Shown: one piece after another, positions 36,618 through 51,048 of the stretch
Layout: every line of letters begins with the position of its first letter
Numbering within the stretch: position 1 is the stretch's first letter
Assembly (NCBI GenBank): GCA_965644295.1
Contig: CBFFRP010000232.1
Span: forward strand, 1-64,000
Direction of reading: 5' to 3'
Source: Paraphysomonas bandaiensis
Lineage: Eukaryota; Protista; Chrysophyceae
Length of the DNA: 64,000 bases
Position numbers and translations under genes: made by a program
The notes under the pieces: generated by a model
What the model was told of the DNA's origin: nothing
What the model saw: the letters and a program-made list of their open reading frames with translations, nothing else
Databases searched by the model: none

Positions 36618-37000
36618 ACTTCTATCTCAAGAGCCCTTAAGAAGGATATTCCCACATAAACGATTGCCTTTACGGCAATATGTAAAGGTATATTCTATAT
36701 ATTGTTGCAATGAATGTATTGGTGATGCATGCATTGTACAGCCCTCCATATTGTGACAGTTACGTCTACAAGCTCTCGTACGTACATACAGCAGTATATA
36801 CAGTGTACTCATGCATCAGTACTACTCGTACTGCTATATACTGCTTTTATATGATAATTTCGAGAAAAATGGATGTTTCTATCGAAGGGTGGGAGAAAAA
36901 ACTCGAGAAGTGATATAATGTATATAAAAGTCCACTTAACCTGCATATACTGGTGCTGTATGGTATATGGCTGCATATCCTCATATGCATCTATATGTGT

Positions 37001-37117
37001 ATTTTTGTTCAAAGATGCCTCTAATATTGAGACAACAATTATCCGTATTCCAGCTGTTGTTGTATGTAGGTAATTTAGAGTATATTTGCTTCAATTTATT
37101 TCCGAATAATAAGATGC
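37001..37117. repeat. Dispersed 117-bp repeat, partner of 28661-28777
   Basis: Ungapped manual alignment. Confidence 0.88.
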
Positions 37118-37393
37118 ATACGCGTAGTATGTATATCTATATAGATCCACCTCCTACACACTGTTCCATATCTTACTGACCATAAGTGTTAACAATATTA
37201 TTAAGTGTTACATTAATTATTATCTAATCTATTAACTGATATTATTGCATTAATGCAATGTAAGCCTATGCATATCACCAACACATGAGTGTATAACACT
37301 CTACAAGTGTTGAATGAGTCACATCTATTCATCATACTATTCATAGTCTTAATAATGCATATATCATTGCAATAGTATCAGTTAATACATCAT

Positions 37394-39624
37394 ATGACTT
37401 CACATATCTCACAAGTGGATACTCCACATAATGCCGATGGAAACGAGTGTGGTTCCTCTGATGATATGTCTGAGATATGGTCTTGGAAGCTATTTTTTAA
37501 GTACAGTGGATCTGGTTTTCTGATTGCAATTGCTTATCTGGATCCCGGGAATCTAGAAGCTGACTTACAGGTTAGAAGGGTTACTACTGTACTCATATAG
37601 TGAATTGAATACGTAATTTACATTAAGGCTGGATCATATTCGAAGTATAAACTCCTGTGGGTGCTACTTTATTCCCTCGTCATAGGATTGATCCTTCAAA
37701 ATATGGCAGTTCGTATTGGTGTTGTGACTGGAAAACATCTAGCTCAAGTTTGTCGGTATATTATAAAAACGTAATAGGCGGTGTTGATAATTGTGCTTAT
37801 GAATAGAGAAGAGTATAGTCCTATCATGGCAAAAGCACTCTGGATGTGTGCCGAACTCTCTATAGTTGCATGTGATGTACAGGCTGTAATAACTTCTGCA
37901 ATCGCCCTTCGAATTCTCTTTGGTTGGGATTTGTGGGTGGGATGTATAGTAACTGCCATTGACGCGTTTACTTTCCTTATGCTCGATGCACTTGGAGTGC
38001 GGTCACTGGAAACGTTTTTTGTGCTACTTGTAGCTATGATGGCGGTTTGCTTTTTCTGGAACTTCAGTGTCAATCCACCATCACCGGAAGGTAATGTTTT
38101 CTATACGTTGTGAGATCAAGCGAGCATACATTATGATCGATGTGTGCTGTATCTGTTGTCAGGTATACTCTTCGGTATGTTTATACCCACTGTGAATGCG
38201 CAATCGGTAAAGCCTGCTGTTGGTATTATTGGATCATTGATACTCCCCCAGAACTACTTCTTACACAGGTATAAGATTTGTTCTATGTATCATTCTTTCT
38301 TATATGTCTACTGGTGCTCTTAGTGCACTTGTTCTGGAGCGCCCTATTAATCGGTCGAGCTCAAACGAGATTCGTGCGGCCAATAAGTATATGACCGCAG
38401 ATACAGTACTGGCTCTACTTGTGGCATTTTTAATTAATACGACTGTAGTAAGTTGTTTTGCGGAATTATTTTTCGACACGGAATGCCAAAATCACGCTTG
38501 TGTGGTCAACCGGAGTGATGACGAAGCAGACATCGCAAATATGCGAGTTTGCCATCATGATCACGAGGTGCATCATCTCCTCAGGACTTTATATCTATTC
38601 AGCTCACAATTGGCACAACTTTGTGTAGGAAGGTGTCTGCGAGAGTATTGGGTTGAGTGGAGCAGGGTCTGCACTCTCAGGAGCACTTGGAGGGACAGCA
38701 TCTCTTATTTGGGCGCTTGGTCTTCTTGCGTCTGGACAATCGTCCACAATGACGATAACTTATGCAGGACAATTCATCATGGAAGGCTTCGCAGAGGTAG
38801 TGTAAATAGGAATCGTGTCGTGGTACCATGCTGTTTTATAAGATGATGCCTGGTATAATGCCTGTATGTATTCAGCTGAAGATTCCTTTGTACTGGCGAG
38901 TACTCTTTTGTAGACTCACAGCGCTAATACCAGCCCTCATGGCCGCATTAGCACACGCTACTTACCCAGAATCTATGGATGATGTCACTCAATGGTGTGC
39001 AAATATATATACATGGCCCCTGTATTCAATCACGTATTTAACTTTATGTACTAACTTCTTAGGGGTAACATAATTGCATCTCTCTGTGTGCCGTTTTCAA
39101 TCCTTCCTATGCTAAGATTTTGTAACTCTTCTAGAGTCATGGGGGTGTGTATGATTGCATCTGATAAACTACAGGATTTATATTAAATGATAGGAACATA
39201 CAATGCATTTTAACTCGGCCGTCTGCATGTGGATAGTCACCATCTGCCTTATATTAACCAACTTTTATCTCCTTTGGAGCTATGGCTTGAGCATATCGTA
39301 AGGTTAAAGTATTATGTGAAAGGTGTGGTTGATATTTATGTTGGTAGGTCTGTTTCAATTGAGGTGACTACTCCGATACTATGTATAGTTACCATTGGGT
39401 ATGCGTACCTGTCTTACAAAGTTGTTGACGTCGAAGTGAATGACTTCGTCGCTGGATTGATTCGAAAGCATGCTCTTCAAGGAGGAGTATGGAAAACAGA
39501 GTGGATGAAAAACCCGCCCTGCTTGTTGCCTGGTGATGACTATACGACCACGGAAGAGTCGAGTGATATTGATCCGATTGATGTATCATGTCATGGGGTG
39601 GAATTAGGTGTTACTACGATTTAG
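37394..39624 (+). CDS. NRAMP family divalent metal transporter, multi-exon
   Basis: [13 protein letters not shown]|[42 protein letters not shown]. Confidence 0.92.
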
Positions 39625-39898
39625 AATTTGTCACTTTTGGTATAATCCTGCACATGAGTAGTGCAGATTACATTTGCTTCTGTGGAGTGAAAGTGTATTT
39701 CTCACAAGTATGTAGACCTGTTTCCTTAAGATTGCGAGAATAATAAGAAATTTATTTACAATACGTGATGTTATTGATTGCGTCTCGTAGGGGTTAGTTG
39801 TAGGGTATATCGGTATATCTAACATTGCATATATATATTAGGTAACCTAATAATAGATTATCCTCTAGTTGTACTATATGTCGGTAATATATACAAGG

Positions 39899-40047
39899 TT
39901 GCACCTTGGTGCTTGCGGTGACGCACGAGCAGCTTTGGTAGCGATATATAGTAGGACGTCAGATTAAAGTACTAGTTAGTTAAATTGTTTTGCTACTTTA
40001 GTTTTGGCTCTTCCACGCCTATTGCTATTAATCAGATATTCACTACT
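39899..40047. repeat. Dispersed repeat, partner of 15094-15242
   Basis: About 80% identity, ungapped. Confidence 0.85.
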
Positions 40048-40692
40048 AATAATTTTATATATGTGCTCTTGAATTCTAAAGCATAGCACAATTTTGTTGT
40101 GCATTTAATGACATCGCGTAGTATGTTTGTATGACTTCAGGGTATTGCACATTGCACGCTTATAATTTCCCTCCCCGTTTTTATTATGCAATCCAATCAA
40201 AAAATATTTGTATGAGTTTATCTGTTTAAATTACTTTACTTTACCAAATATATCACTTCTTCAGCATGATTAATACAGCATTTGGTGAACTGGTGGAGGT
40301 GTGAAGGCACGAGAGCTTCAGACGTAACACGCGTAATTCAGAAAGAGAGAGTATATTAGAATGTGCATTATGTACTGTTAACCGAGTTTCCTCTACAGGC
40401 TACAGAGGATGTACTATACTGTCTGTCGTCAACACTTATCTTGATCATTCAATATTGGTAATAAGAGTAAGACTAACGATAAAGCTTGTTCGGTTTGCAT
40501 TATGGCTAAAAATCTACTGTTGCTTGCACTTAGTTGGATGAAAACAAACACGCTCAAGAGAGTCAACATTAAGTCCTTATATTCATACAAGCATCAGATT
40601 TGACGCTAAAAATCAACTCTGATGAACCTGTAATCGTAGTATTCGAAACGCCTCACTATTCCAAACACATTGCATTCCTCCTCGTTGCACAT

Positions 40693-41569
40693 CTAGTGCG
40701 CGGCTTTCTGGACCATTTCCTTACCATTCTTCTTGGGTAAAATAGATTCGACTCTTGCAAGAATATGGGCATTGCGGATATGCGGCTGACTGAAATAACA
40801 GTACCAGGCAAAAACCGCTCCAGTCAAAAATACGTACGGTGCTCCATGGGAGAATAACTTGCGAAATGTCCACACAGGGCGAACACGAGACATCTATCAC
40901 AAAGAATATGTAAGTTCAGGAGGGGGAAAATATTGGAAGCACATCAACAGACATTAGGCAAGTTATGGATACCTTTTTCTCTTCCAATGGAACCTTCTTC
41001 CAGCGCTCCGTCTTGTATTTAGGGAGATTCTCAGACCAAGTACTGCTCGCTTTCATGAGCACATTCTCCTCAAAGTTCTTTCTCTGCAGTGAATGAGTTG
41101 CCATGCTTTCAGAACTATAAATGCTTGCGGCAGCAGTGCCTGAAGAAATAGCTGTAAAGAGTGCTTTACCATGTAATGTTAGGGGCACCTGGTACAATAT
41201 CGGGACTGGAAGATGTCTTCTTCGTTTTACGTCCAATATGTTTGTCATACTCAGCTTTCAATTCTGGTGTAGACAATATTTTATAAGCATCTTGTACTTC
41301 TCTGAATTTATCAGTTGATTTCTGTGATTGTCCGGCAATATCAGGATGATAACGCAACACTATTGCAACAATTATATATATAAATATATAGTAAATGACG
41401 TTACTCACCAGCACTGCGATGTGCAATTTTTAATTCACTTAAAGTTGCATCAGGTGAAACATCAAGAATTTTATAGTAATCTGTATATGTATATAAACCA
41501 TAAGAGATGATGGAGAGATAGAGAGATATGATCATATGACACACCTTTCTTAAAGTCAAACTCGCCCAT
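40693..41569 (-). CDS. DnaJ (J-domain) protein with C-terminal hydrophobic segment, multi-exon
   Basis: Spliced MGEFDFKK|DYYKILDVSPDAT...|LRYHPD..FREVQDAYKILS; HPD motif. Confidence 0.8.
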
Positions 41570-42219
41570 TATTACTCAAAGAAATGATTGTTACAATTGA
41601 TTCTATATGTTAGTTCCTGGGAAGAACTTTATGAAGCTTTATATGATGGAAATGAAATGATTGATTGAGATGTTTGGTGTGTTTGGTTACTATAGAAATG
41701 TATGTGTGTGTGTATGTATGTATGTGTATGCATGCATGGGATGTGTGTGTATGTATGTATATGTATGCATGAGGCTCTGGGATGCATACATACACTCTCG
41801 TGCTGTACATGTCTGTCAACATACAACATACTGCTGCTGTACATACCAACTGAACCACTGGTCGGCACAGGTATACAATACAGAATACTGCGTAGGGAGT
41901 CCTTTTGTACTCTACCATATCTCGCTCACAGATACACATATACAGCCGTATTCTATCTGTATTTCCTCCTCATGTCATATGTATATACGTGCCTATGTAC
42001 ATATATGTATATATAGATGTGTGGATGTTAGCTTCATTGTTTCATATTAACGAGAACCATATCATAGAATTCATAATATAGAACACACTACAGTGATTGT
42101 GATGACAATTGCTGTATATTATCATATTCAGTGAGTTAAGAATGTTCTTATAGCACCCGGTATTACTGTTCATAACTGTGTGATATCAGCAATAGAGTGT
42201 TAGTCAAACCCCCTTATTC

Positions 42220-44883
42220 ATGATGCCAAGAATATCTGCTATACACTATAGTCGTATGTTTTCAACAACATCTCACTTCAGATTATATCATAGAATTAAT
42301 ATCTTATCACAAGTTTATTCTTATACATGTATACGGTCTCTTTGTACATCGAATACAAGGGATTTCAACAGCATGGGCCTGATGGACGTCATTGTAAACG
42401 GACTCTCTGCCCAAAGTTGTATAAAAATAGACTGAGTTTCTGTACTATTAACACCCCAATTATTTAGATTATAAAACTCCAACAGATGTACAAGCATCCG
42501 TTATTCCACGACTCCTAAAAAGAGAGAACATCGTGTTGTCAGCTAGTACTGGGTCAGGTATGTTTCCTCTGAGTAGGCACATTGCAATTCAATTTTATTA
42601 TTGTTGTTTTTAGGGAAAACTCTTGCTTACACAGTGCCAGCCATTCAAAATATGATTCTACATGAGAGATCAGGGTACCTACGTCTTCACCAAAGGCCAA
42701 GGTATGTTGATGTGATGCCTACTGATAATTGTTCTTGACAAAGTTTAGATGCTTGGTTCTTGTTCCTACAAGAGAACTCGCCAAACAGGTGAGATGAATT
42801 TTAGAAAATTAGTTATGATAATATATGAATTACACTATAATTTTACAGGTGCTCGATTGTGTCAAGGGTCTGAGTCATTATGCGAAAGTGTCGTCTTGTG
42901 CTGTGATGGGAGGTGAAAGTTATAGTGTTCAACGCAGAGCGGTCAGTGCATGCGATATTGCGTTATGTCATTGTCACTGCTGTGGTAATAGCTCAGTGGT
43001 CGAGTAGATCTTATTGTTGCGTCGCCTGGTAGACTCGTGCAGCACTATCAACAGGTGCGAACACTACGTTCTATACTTCTATCTGTATTTAACCTTGATA
43101 CGATAGCGCAACCTAAGTCTCAGTGAGGTTAATTGCGTGATTATTGATGAAGTGGATACAATGTTGACACAAGGGTTTGGTGCTGATATTCGGTGAGTAA
43201 TTCGATGATACTTAATTGAGAGTGTTTCATGTATACGTTGTTATCGTGCAGAACAATACTACACGCTGTGCAACAGTCTTCACCTGTCAATAGCACACTC
43301 TCTGTAACGACATCCCCTCCCTCTTGGTATTCCTCTCAAGTAGGATCTCAGCGCCGTTGGCGGCCGGATACCCATTGTAGCTTACAGGTATATATATATC
43401 ATGATCGTGTTCATCTAAGTTTTCGGGTAGGTTGTAATGGCCTCTGCTACTCTGACTCCTGCTCTAAAAAGACTGCTGGAGGAATTAGCAACTCCCCCGA
43501 AGCCCGCTTCAGGTATCGAAAACACATGTTTGAGATTAGAAATTGCTGCTTCTATTACCTTCTGGGCGTACTGCTATTCGTACTCGTTGATATCTCTGTG
43601 ACAAAGTACCGTAGATGAAACTGTTGAATCTACGAAAACGCGTAGTATCGAATCAGAGGACCAATATGGACTTGGTCTTCAGATGGATGTTATTGAAGTA
43701 GATGGTGCACGCAAATCTCTACCCAATGTGCGCCATAATGTTGAAGACACGGGTGGGAGGGACAAGGTGTCAGTGCTAATGCAGGTTATCCAAGATCACC
43801 ATAGAAAAGGATGGAAGACTATGATATTTTGCAATACGATTGCGTCTTGCAGGTAATACTATTCGTTGGTTCGTTGATGTGGTCACATTTGTCGTGGTTT
43901 TAGAGCTGCCGCTTATGCCGTGGAGGGAATGAAAATGCCTGCGCTGTCGTATCACGGGGATCTAAATTCTGAAGCCAGGACAGCGAATCTGGATATGTTT
44001 CGGCACGATCCCACCCAACAGGTGTTGTCATTAGCATGTGTACTGTGTCATTCTGGAGATAACGCTACATAGTATTTAATATGCACAGACATTGCTGCTC
44101 GCGGAATAGATATCCCCTCTGTAGAACATGTCGTCATGTTCGACTTTCCACTTAACCCGATTGACTATTTACATCGGTATGTATATGCATTGGTGTGCAT
44201 ACTTCTAAAGCACACTTATTGGTTTTGAAGGGCTGGGAGAACTGGAAGAATGGGATCGAAAGGTCTCGTTACGGCTATTGTAGCAAAGAGAGATCGTGTA
44301 CTTTCGGAGGCTATCCAGGTGTGTTAAACGAATACTAAGAGTGCATTTCACGCTCTTTTACAGAGATCAATAGCACAAGGGCTTCCTTTAGATTCCCTTT
44401 CATCAGACAAACGCGCTTATCAGGTTCACTCTACAACACTTTGTGTTCCTTATTTTGACATTTGCCTCCAGGCGCATGGCAAACTGGCAGACGTATTCAA
44501 CAATCAAATACCTGCCGCGGACACTGCGAAAGGCCCGCGCATTGTAAGTGCGTTTTCGCGCTCTAGATCTAATGAGAGGTATGTCTTCGAATGCTGCCTT
44601 TTTTTTCTTTGCAACAGTTGGCATCATTAAGAATGGATACAGGATTGTAAGTGAACCTGGGCGAGGTGGGATATTGGTGAAGCAGCCGCCGAGACGGATT
44701 GTATCGAGGACCTCTCGGATTATTGCTGCGTCAAAGTCAGCTTCTCGGTCATCTAATTCTAGCAAGAATCCCAAATCCAAAAATGCGGCTGGCAAGAAAA
44801 AATCATCGGCTGCTACAGGGAAAAAATCTAGTACTAAAAGTAGAAAAAGTGTACACAATAGTGGTAGTCGTAGCAAGCGCTAG
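42220..44883 (+). CDS. DEAD-box RNA helicase (DEVD), probably organelle-targeted, many introns; 3' end uncertain
   Basis: Q motif PTDVQ, ASTGS|[34 protein letters not shown]|AGRTGR. Confidence 0.88.
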
Positions 44884-45689
44884 ATTTGAACTGAATTGAA
44901 TAATAATTGGTATAGCACTTTTCCTTATGTTATAAGCACCTGCTACGACAGACAGTATAACATACAATGCCTTAAATAATAAACATGTATTCAGTATATA
45001 GTATATATGATATATGAACTACGAACACTACAGTTTATATAATGTTGTGCTCACTTAAAGGATGACCATGAACTAGTCTCATAAAATGAACAAATGAAGT
45101 ACCAAGTAATATAGTATGGAGTTAGCAACTATGACATTTATAGAGCGTATAGTGTCTACTGAGTACGCAGTAGTCATTGTTGCGCATACTACTCGTCAAC
45201 TGTATGCTACTCGTAACGGTTATAATTTTAAATACTTTATAAATACGGCTTTCAAATAGCAGAACTCAACAGTCTATCACAATTACTAATTATTCATTAA
45301 TTGATTATTGAGTTTATTGTTCAGTTATTTAAGATCTCAGTTACCAACCTAATGTCAGTTTCGGATAGGTAAGTAAGGCGACCGAACGGTTCGAGCTAAA
45401 GCATCCCACACACCCCTGGTACCTTTTTTGTGTGAGTAAATCACACAACTTATATACACCTCAATACGGAACATTAAAAAATTACGATCGTCATTAATTT
45501 ACAGCAATAAAATATAAATATCACGGGTAATACCTACAACTAGCAAAAATAGATCAAGCCACATTTCTCACATCCAAAGTTGAGCTCCTAATTGCTGCAT
45601 AATAGTCTTGAACTCGAGTAGCTATACACTGATCTAACAACTCTATATTGGATCTCTATCTGCTGATAAAATATATTCCCATGGAAGTA

Positions 45690-47444
45690 TCACAAAGATA
45701 TTGTAAAAGTAGTATCATCATCATCGTCATCATGTGCACTAACATCTTCCAGTGCGCTAGTGTATGACTGAACAAGCTCATATTGAGCAGAGGATATCAC
45801 TCTACCGAAGGGAACAAGGGACGATACGAGTCGGTGAAGTTGCTGCATAAATGACGGTGGTGATGGGTCCGGAAAAGGCACCTCACTACATATACTGCTG
45901 CTAGTGCTAGAATCCATATCGCATTTTTCATCACAAGCTGTAAAAATAATCATTTCGTCAACGTCGCCGGTGGTCTTGGGTGCATTTTCTGTACTGCCTG
46001 CAGATTTACCCTTGATACCCAAAAGGAGTTTCCTTGCTGCTATGGATTCTTCTTTCCAATCTATCCGACACACCAGCAGTAAATAGAGCAAAAAATGTGT
46101 CCATGTACCTACTGTTAGTCCCCAGCACAAACCAGGGACGCCTAACCTTGCTTTAAATGCAAGCAAAGCAGCTAATGGTAGACCAACTATATAATAGCTG
46201 AAGATCACCACAGGGCTTGCCACTCTTTGTTTTCCAGCTCCTTTGATTACCCCAGTAAATGCACATTGCATACCATCTGCAACCACATATATCGCCAGCG
46301 GAACCATAAGTTCCGATACCATCTGTATTACATCAAGATCTGACGTAAACAGCCGCCCAACCCACGCCCTTCCTGCGAGCAACACGACAGATAGAATTAC
46401 CCCGATACCGCCCGCTAGGAGGGGGGCCGTCGTGGCTGATAGAACCGCAGCAGAGGGCCCTGAAGCCCCCAAGGCATGGCCAACACGTGCACAAACAGCT
46501 GTGTGTATACCCATCGGTAACGCAAAGCATATCCCAAGAAGAGTTTGATAAACACTCATAGCGCCGACCTCAACATCTGGATTCGAAAGCAAACCAGAAA
46601 GAAATATCGCTACTTCACTAGCCCACCACTCCGACATCATCATGACGTTAGGAAGACCAAGTCTTATGTGCTCCGTCCATCCCGTGAAGGCCTTAAATGA
46701 AAGCTGAAATCTTGTGCGAGCAAAGGAACCTGAACACCGGAGATATATAAGCAAGAGCACCATCTCGAAAACACGTGTAGTGGACACTGCAAGCGCGGCC
46801 CCAAGGAAATGTAACCCAACGGTGTGGATATACAAAAAACACCATATGGGATGGCAACACGCCGACACAACAGCAATACATACGACAGCAGATGCCTTCT
46901 GTTGCGCATAAAGCCAGTTCTGCAAACACACTATACAGCTAAAAGAAAAAAGAGCTGGAAGGAGAAACGTCAAGTACCGACAAGCATCTTCTGCTATACT
47001 TGAGTCCTGACCTAAGCTTATCATAATTGGAGTTGCAAACACCCATAAAATGCTGATTGGAATGCAGAGACAAAAAAGTATTACTAATGCCCGTTGAAGC
47101 GATAAATTAAGTGCCTCAAAGTCATTTGCACCATGAGCTTGACTGCATATAGTTGAGAGTGCTCCACCTATAAATACACATATATACATATCAAACACTA
47201 TTAATAGTATCATATATATTCATAACTCACCCATTCCTATAATTATTGAGTTACCAAATACATTTGATGTCACTGAAGCCAATCCAGCTGCACTGAGATA
47301 ATGTTTACCTAAATGACCGACAAATACATATGATATCATCTCTACAGCTTTCTTCATTAACATTGCAACAGCAACACGTAAACCTAATTGCATTAATTCC
47401 ATAGTTTCATTTAAAAAATTAGGAAATTTCACTGTATTTGTCAT
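45690..47444 (-). CDS. MATE family efflux transporter
   Basis: FVGHLG..LSAAGLA, GM|GGALSTICSQAHGA, EWWASE, RVGHALGA, YYIVGLP; one intron at about 47170-47231. Confidence 0.92.
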
Positions 47445-48181
47445 ATTTATAACTATGTATCTGTTAATATATAGATATATATACAGATTGAGGTTAAAAT
47501 ATTCAAATATATGTGGATTTATTCACTTTCTTTCCTTAGAAAACAGTAGTTTTCATATGGAAGTTGTGGGAAATGAATATGAAGTGGAAGATAGCATGAA
47601 GATGGTTTATTATTGTATGATCCTATACAATTACACACTTCCTGGTGTCTATAGCTCTATGCACAGATACATACATACAGTACACAGCACTTTGTATATG
47701 GACCGTACTGGTGTACATGTATAGCAGTATATGTATACAGAGTATGTGCTTGCTGTTGTATAGGATATGGTCCAGTACATACACAGAGTACAGGAGTTGT
47801 ATGAGTGAAAATTTTATACCCCTATATTCCTATCATACAAAGCGTCATTTCTGAAAATACCTAATTTATGTACCCAACCCTTCACGAAAACACCTACTTT
47901 TAGCTGCTGTGCCATTGAATATAAAAGTCAAGTGTCCAGTGATGCATTTTCAGTGTTGAGATTTTGTCCGCTGATTTTGCCATATTTTTGGACTATCCAG
48001 CTACACAAACACTAAAAATGACAGTTTTTTCGAAATATTGATATGTTTTACGGCTGTTTTACACTGCTATCCTTCGTAACTGTATCCATCACTCATATAT
48101 ACATATATATAAGGTGTCGATAGCTTCAATTTGCCCTACATTTACTTAATTCCAATTAGTGAATTGATATCGTTTTGTCGA

Positions 48182-48949
48182 ATGAAAAGAGTGATATCAA
48201 TATCCTCAGAACCAAAGGATGCTGCGCAAATTGCGAGCATGGAAAACATAAACAATTCAATGGAAAAATGGAGAGAATATGAACTTCTACAAGGAAAGAT
48301 TGACCTCTTAAAGGCTATCACGGAGGAAATAACTGATGATAATAGTGAAACAGATTGGGTTGCGTGTAAGATTGCGAAAATATTGCTTTATGGTGTTCAA
48401 CCTATGAAAGAAGAGCTAAATGCAATTTGGCAAAATATGGGGGTTGTGTCGGGCTTTGTGGGCGCGATTGCCTTATCAGTGATGTTAAATCCTTTGGAAA
48501 AAAGTGATGGTTTTGAAGGCCAAAATGGGAGTGGTTTTTCGGAAGGCATTGCTCGAGCTTATTATATTTTCTGGACAGTGGCGGCTATCACCGAGATAAT
48601 GACACTACTCATATTGCTGATTATACTGACTCACTTTACATACACGGTCAGAGATGTCGATATATTTAGATTTGTAGTGAACTGGAAAGGGGTGACGGAT
48701 TTGACAGAGGTTCTTACTACCTTGGGTTGCTATTCAATGATGATCGGGTCTGCCACTGGTATGTTCATAATCTGCGATAGCGTTGTGGCGGTGACGACGT
48801 TTGCTGTTACATTCGTAGCAGCTGTTATAATCATGTGGAACTGGTGTACTATGCTCAGCAGGAATGCATGTATGCGAAGGGAATCATCATACAAAATTAT
48901 CAATTCTTTTAAGGAGCTTCACCTCAAGACGGAGCTGTTCAAACAATAG
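48182..48949 (+). CDS. Hypothetical multi-pass membrane protein (about 255 aa)
   Basis: Intronless ORF with 3-4 hydrophobic helices; family not recognised. Confidence 0.6.
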   Translation: MKRVISISSEPKDAAQIASMENINNSMEKWREYELLQGKIDLLKAITEEITDDNSETDWVACKIAKILLYGVQPMKEELNAIWQNMGVVSGFVGAIALSVMLNPLEKSDGFEGQNGSGFSEGIARAYYIFWTVAAITEIMTLLILLIILTHFTYTVRDVDIFRFVVNWKGVTDLTEVLTTLGCYSMMIGSATGMFIICDSVVAVTTFAVTFVAAVIIMWNWCTMLSRNACMRRESSYKIINSFKELHLKTELFKQ

Positions 48950-51048
48950 GGCTATTTAACGACATTATTTTGTGCATATAACAATGCCTTGGGATTATAC
49001 TTTTGTTTGCTGATCGGGTTAATAAACCTTATTAGATAGCACTGCACCGAATTTGTCTTATTCCAGTGTACTTACATACCATGCCAGCAGAATACAAAAC
49101 CGTGCAGACAACTGTTGCAATGGCTTCTTATATCTTATCTTATGTTAGTGAAATTAAAATTATAATTAGCAAAGTCACAATACCAACGCCGTGTACGGAT
49201 ATTATGATGATGGTGCAAAGCATCGTCTAAAATAGTATATATGCTTGAGTAAAGTATATGTGCTCCACTAGTGTAGTGCTGGTGTTGACTACACGATTAT
49301 GATTCATAATGATAAAGTTCTTTGATGCTAACATGTCATGAGTTTGTACGTTTGTACCTATGATCTGTAGCTATACAGCTTAATTTTGCTACCTATATAA
49401 TTAAGTCAGCCTATTAATGGGCAGCATTTACCAAAATAAAAACTGCATTTATCATTTGTATAACCGATTACTGTAATTTGCAATTGTTGCCAATAATTGA
49501 AAACTAATTAATTGATTGTTATTTGTGAAGGCAAACACGGGTCGGGCAACAATTAATTAACGCAGGTTGTAGTCAACTATAATTGCAATTTTTGTTTGCT
49601 GTTTCAATTTCAATTATTGCAATTTCAATAATTGATAATTCATTGCAAAATTAATTGATACACAGCCCTGGGAAGTAGGGTGGCTCTCACACATTCTGCG
49701 CGCGATTTGATTAGCCAATGTGTTAAAGAGATGGCGGGATTGAATACTGTGTGGAGTACAGTTTTTCAGACATGCAAGTCTACGTAAAAGCGATATTCGA
49801 CTTTGAATATTTGATATTGGGGGGAAACCATATTTATATTTCTATAGATAGAAAGGTGATTTTACGAAACATTATCCTTGCGGTGTATCTAGATACAATT
49901 GTTATAGATATATTATGTAGATATCTGCGAGAACTATAGGCGTCGTGTCGCCGCAAGCACCAAGGTGCAAACATTCTCGCAACCCAGTAAACAATAGCCC
50001 AAAACCGAATGTTAACGAAAACTTTGTATCTGCTGACTCCAGATTTTTAAGTTCTGAAGGTAGGTTCATCCCGGATATTGACTTCAGTATGCTGCTCAAA
50101 ACCCCAGATACCTTTGAGGAGGTTCCATTCCCGATTCCTTTTTGTGTTCGTCAAGGCCCAAATACAAAAGTGACTCTTGTATGTATCACTTGCACCACGA
50201 AATTATTTTGCTATGAGTGGACAGAACAATCTCTGCCGTCTACAAATGCGGCTCACAGGTATTTATCCTCCAGAACGCCACGAAAAGGTGCGGGACCGAC
50301 ATTGTTCCATATATGTAAGATTAGCACGCTCTTATAACCTTTAACTGAACTTAGCGTTGCTGTAAACATTAAACTTTTTATTAATCTTTGAATATGGAAC
50401 ACGACAATGAGGGTGACACAGACGATGAAATTCATGTGTCCCATATTATATACAGTGAAATGTCACAGGCGAAAAAGCCAAGGCAATTTAGCTTGCCGAG
50501 GAAACAACAAGAAAGCAATGCAGCAAAAACAGTTATAAATAAAAGTGTGGATGATAAAGAAGACATATATACCTCAACTTGCTTCTGACCATAATTACAA
50601 GAAGCGTAGAGTTTATATCGTCTGAATATTGCTTACGACTAAATTAGAGCGATGGAATACCAGCAGCGCACTCAATGTGCTATAAGACCAAAACCTTACC
50701 CTTTCCAGAAAAGCTGCATCATCAGCATACGCACACAGTGACATCATGCAACGTAGACTTGCTTGTTATGGTATGATCTCTCCTAATACAATTCAGCGAG
50801 TGTTGTGTCTTACATAAAATACTTAATTGACTACCTTTTAATAATTTGAGTAAAACGTTTTCAATACGAACAAAAAGCATTGCGAAATTCAAAAAATTAG
50901 TTAAGCAAAAAATCTCATTGCCAATTAAAACTAGATCATATTGAGAAAGCACTTCCCGTTAAATAGTAAATTATTCTTCCAACTTCAAATAAGTCTTTAC
51001 AGAAATTATTTCGATGGCAGATAATAGGTTGGAGAAATACACCACGCA

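Noticed and set aside
41610-42050. Several Cys/Tyr/His-rich ORFs on both strands
   Set aside because: Artefacts of TGTA/TACA microsatellites in promoter DNA
45350-45420. GGTTCGAGC B-box-like motif suggesting a tRNA or SINE
   Set aside because: No cloverleaf, acceptor stem or convincing A-box
47800-48097. TATGAGTGA...TCACTCATA possible MITE termini
   Set aside because: 9-bp AT-rich match only; no second copy in the window
50388-50770. Broken ORFs faintly resembling a transposase HTH (KKRRVY..KLE)
   Set aside because: Too degenerate to assign without a search
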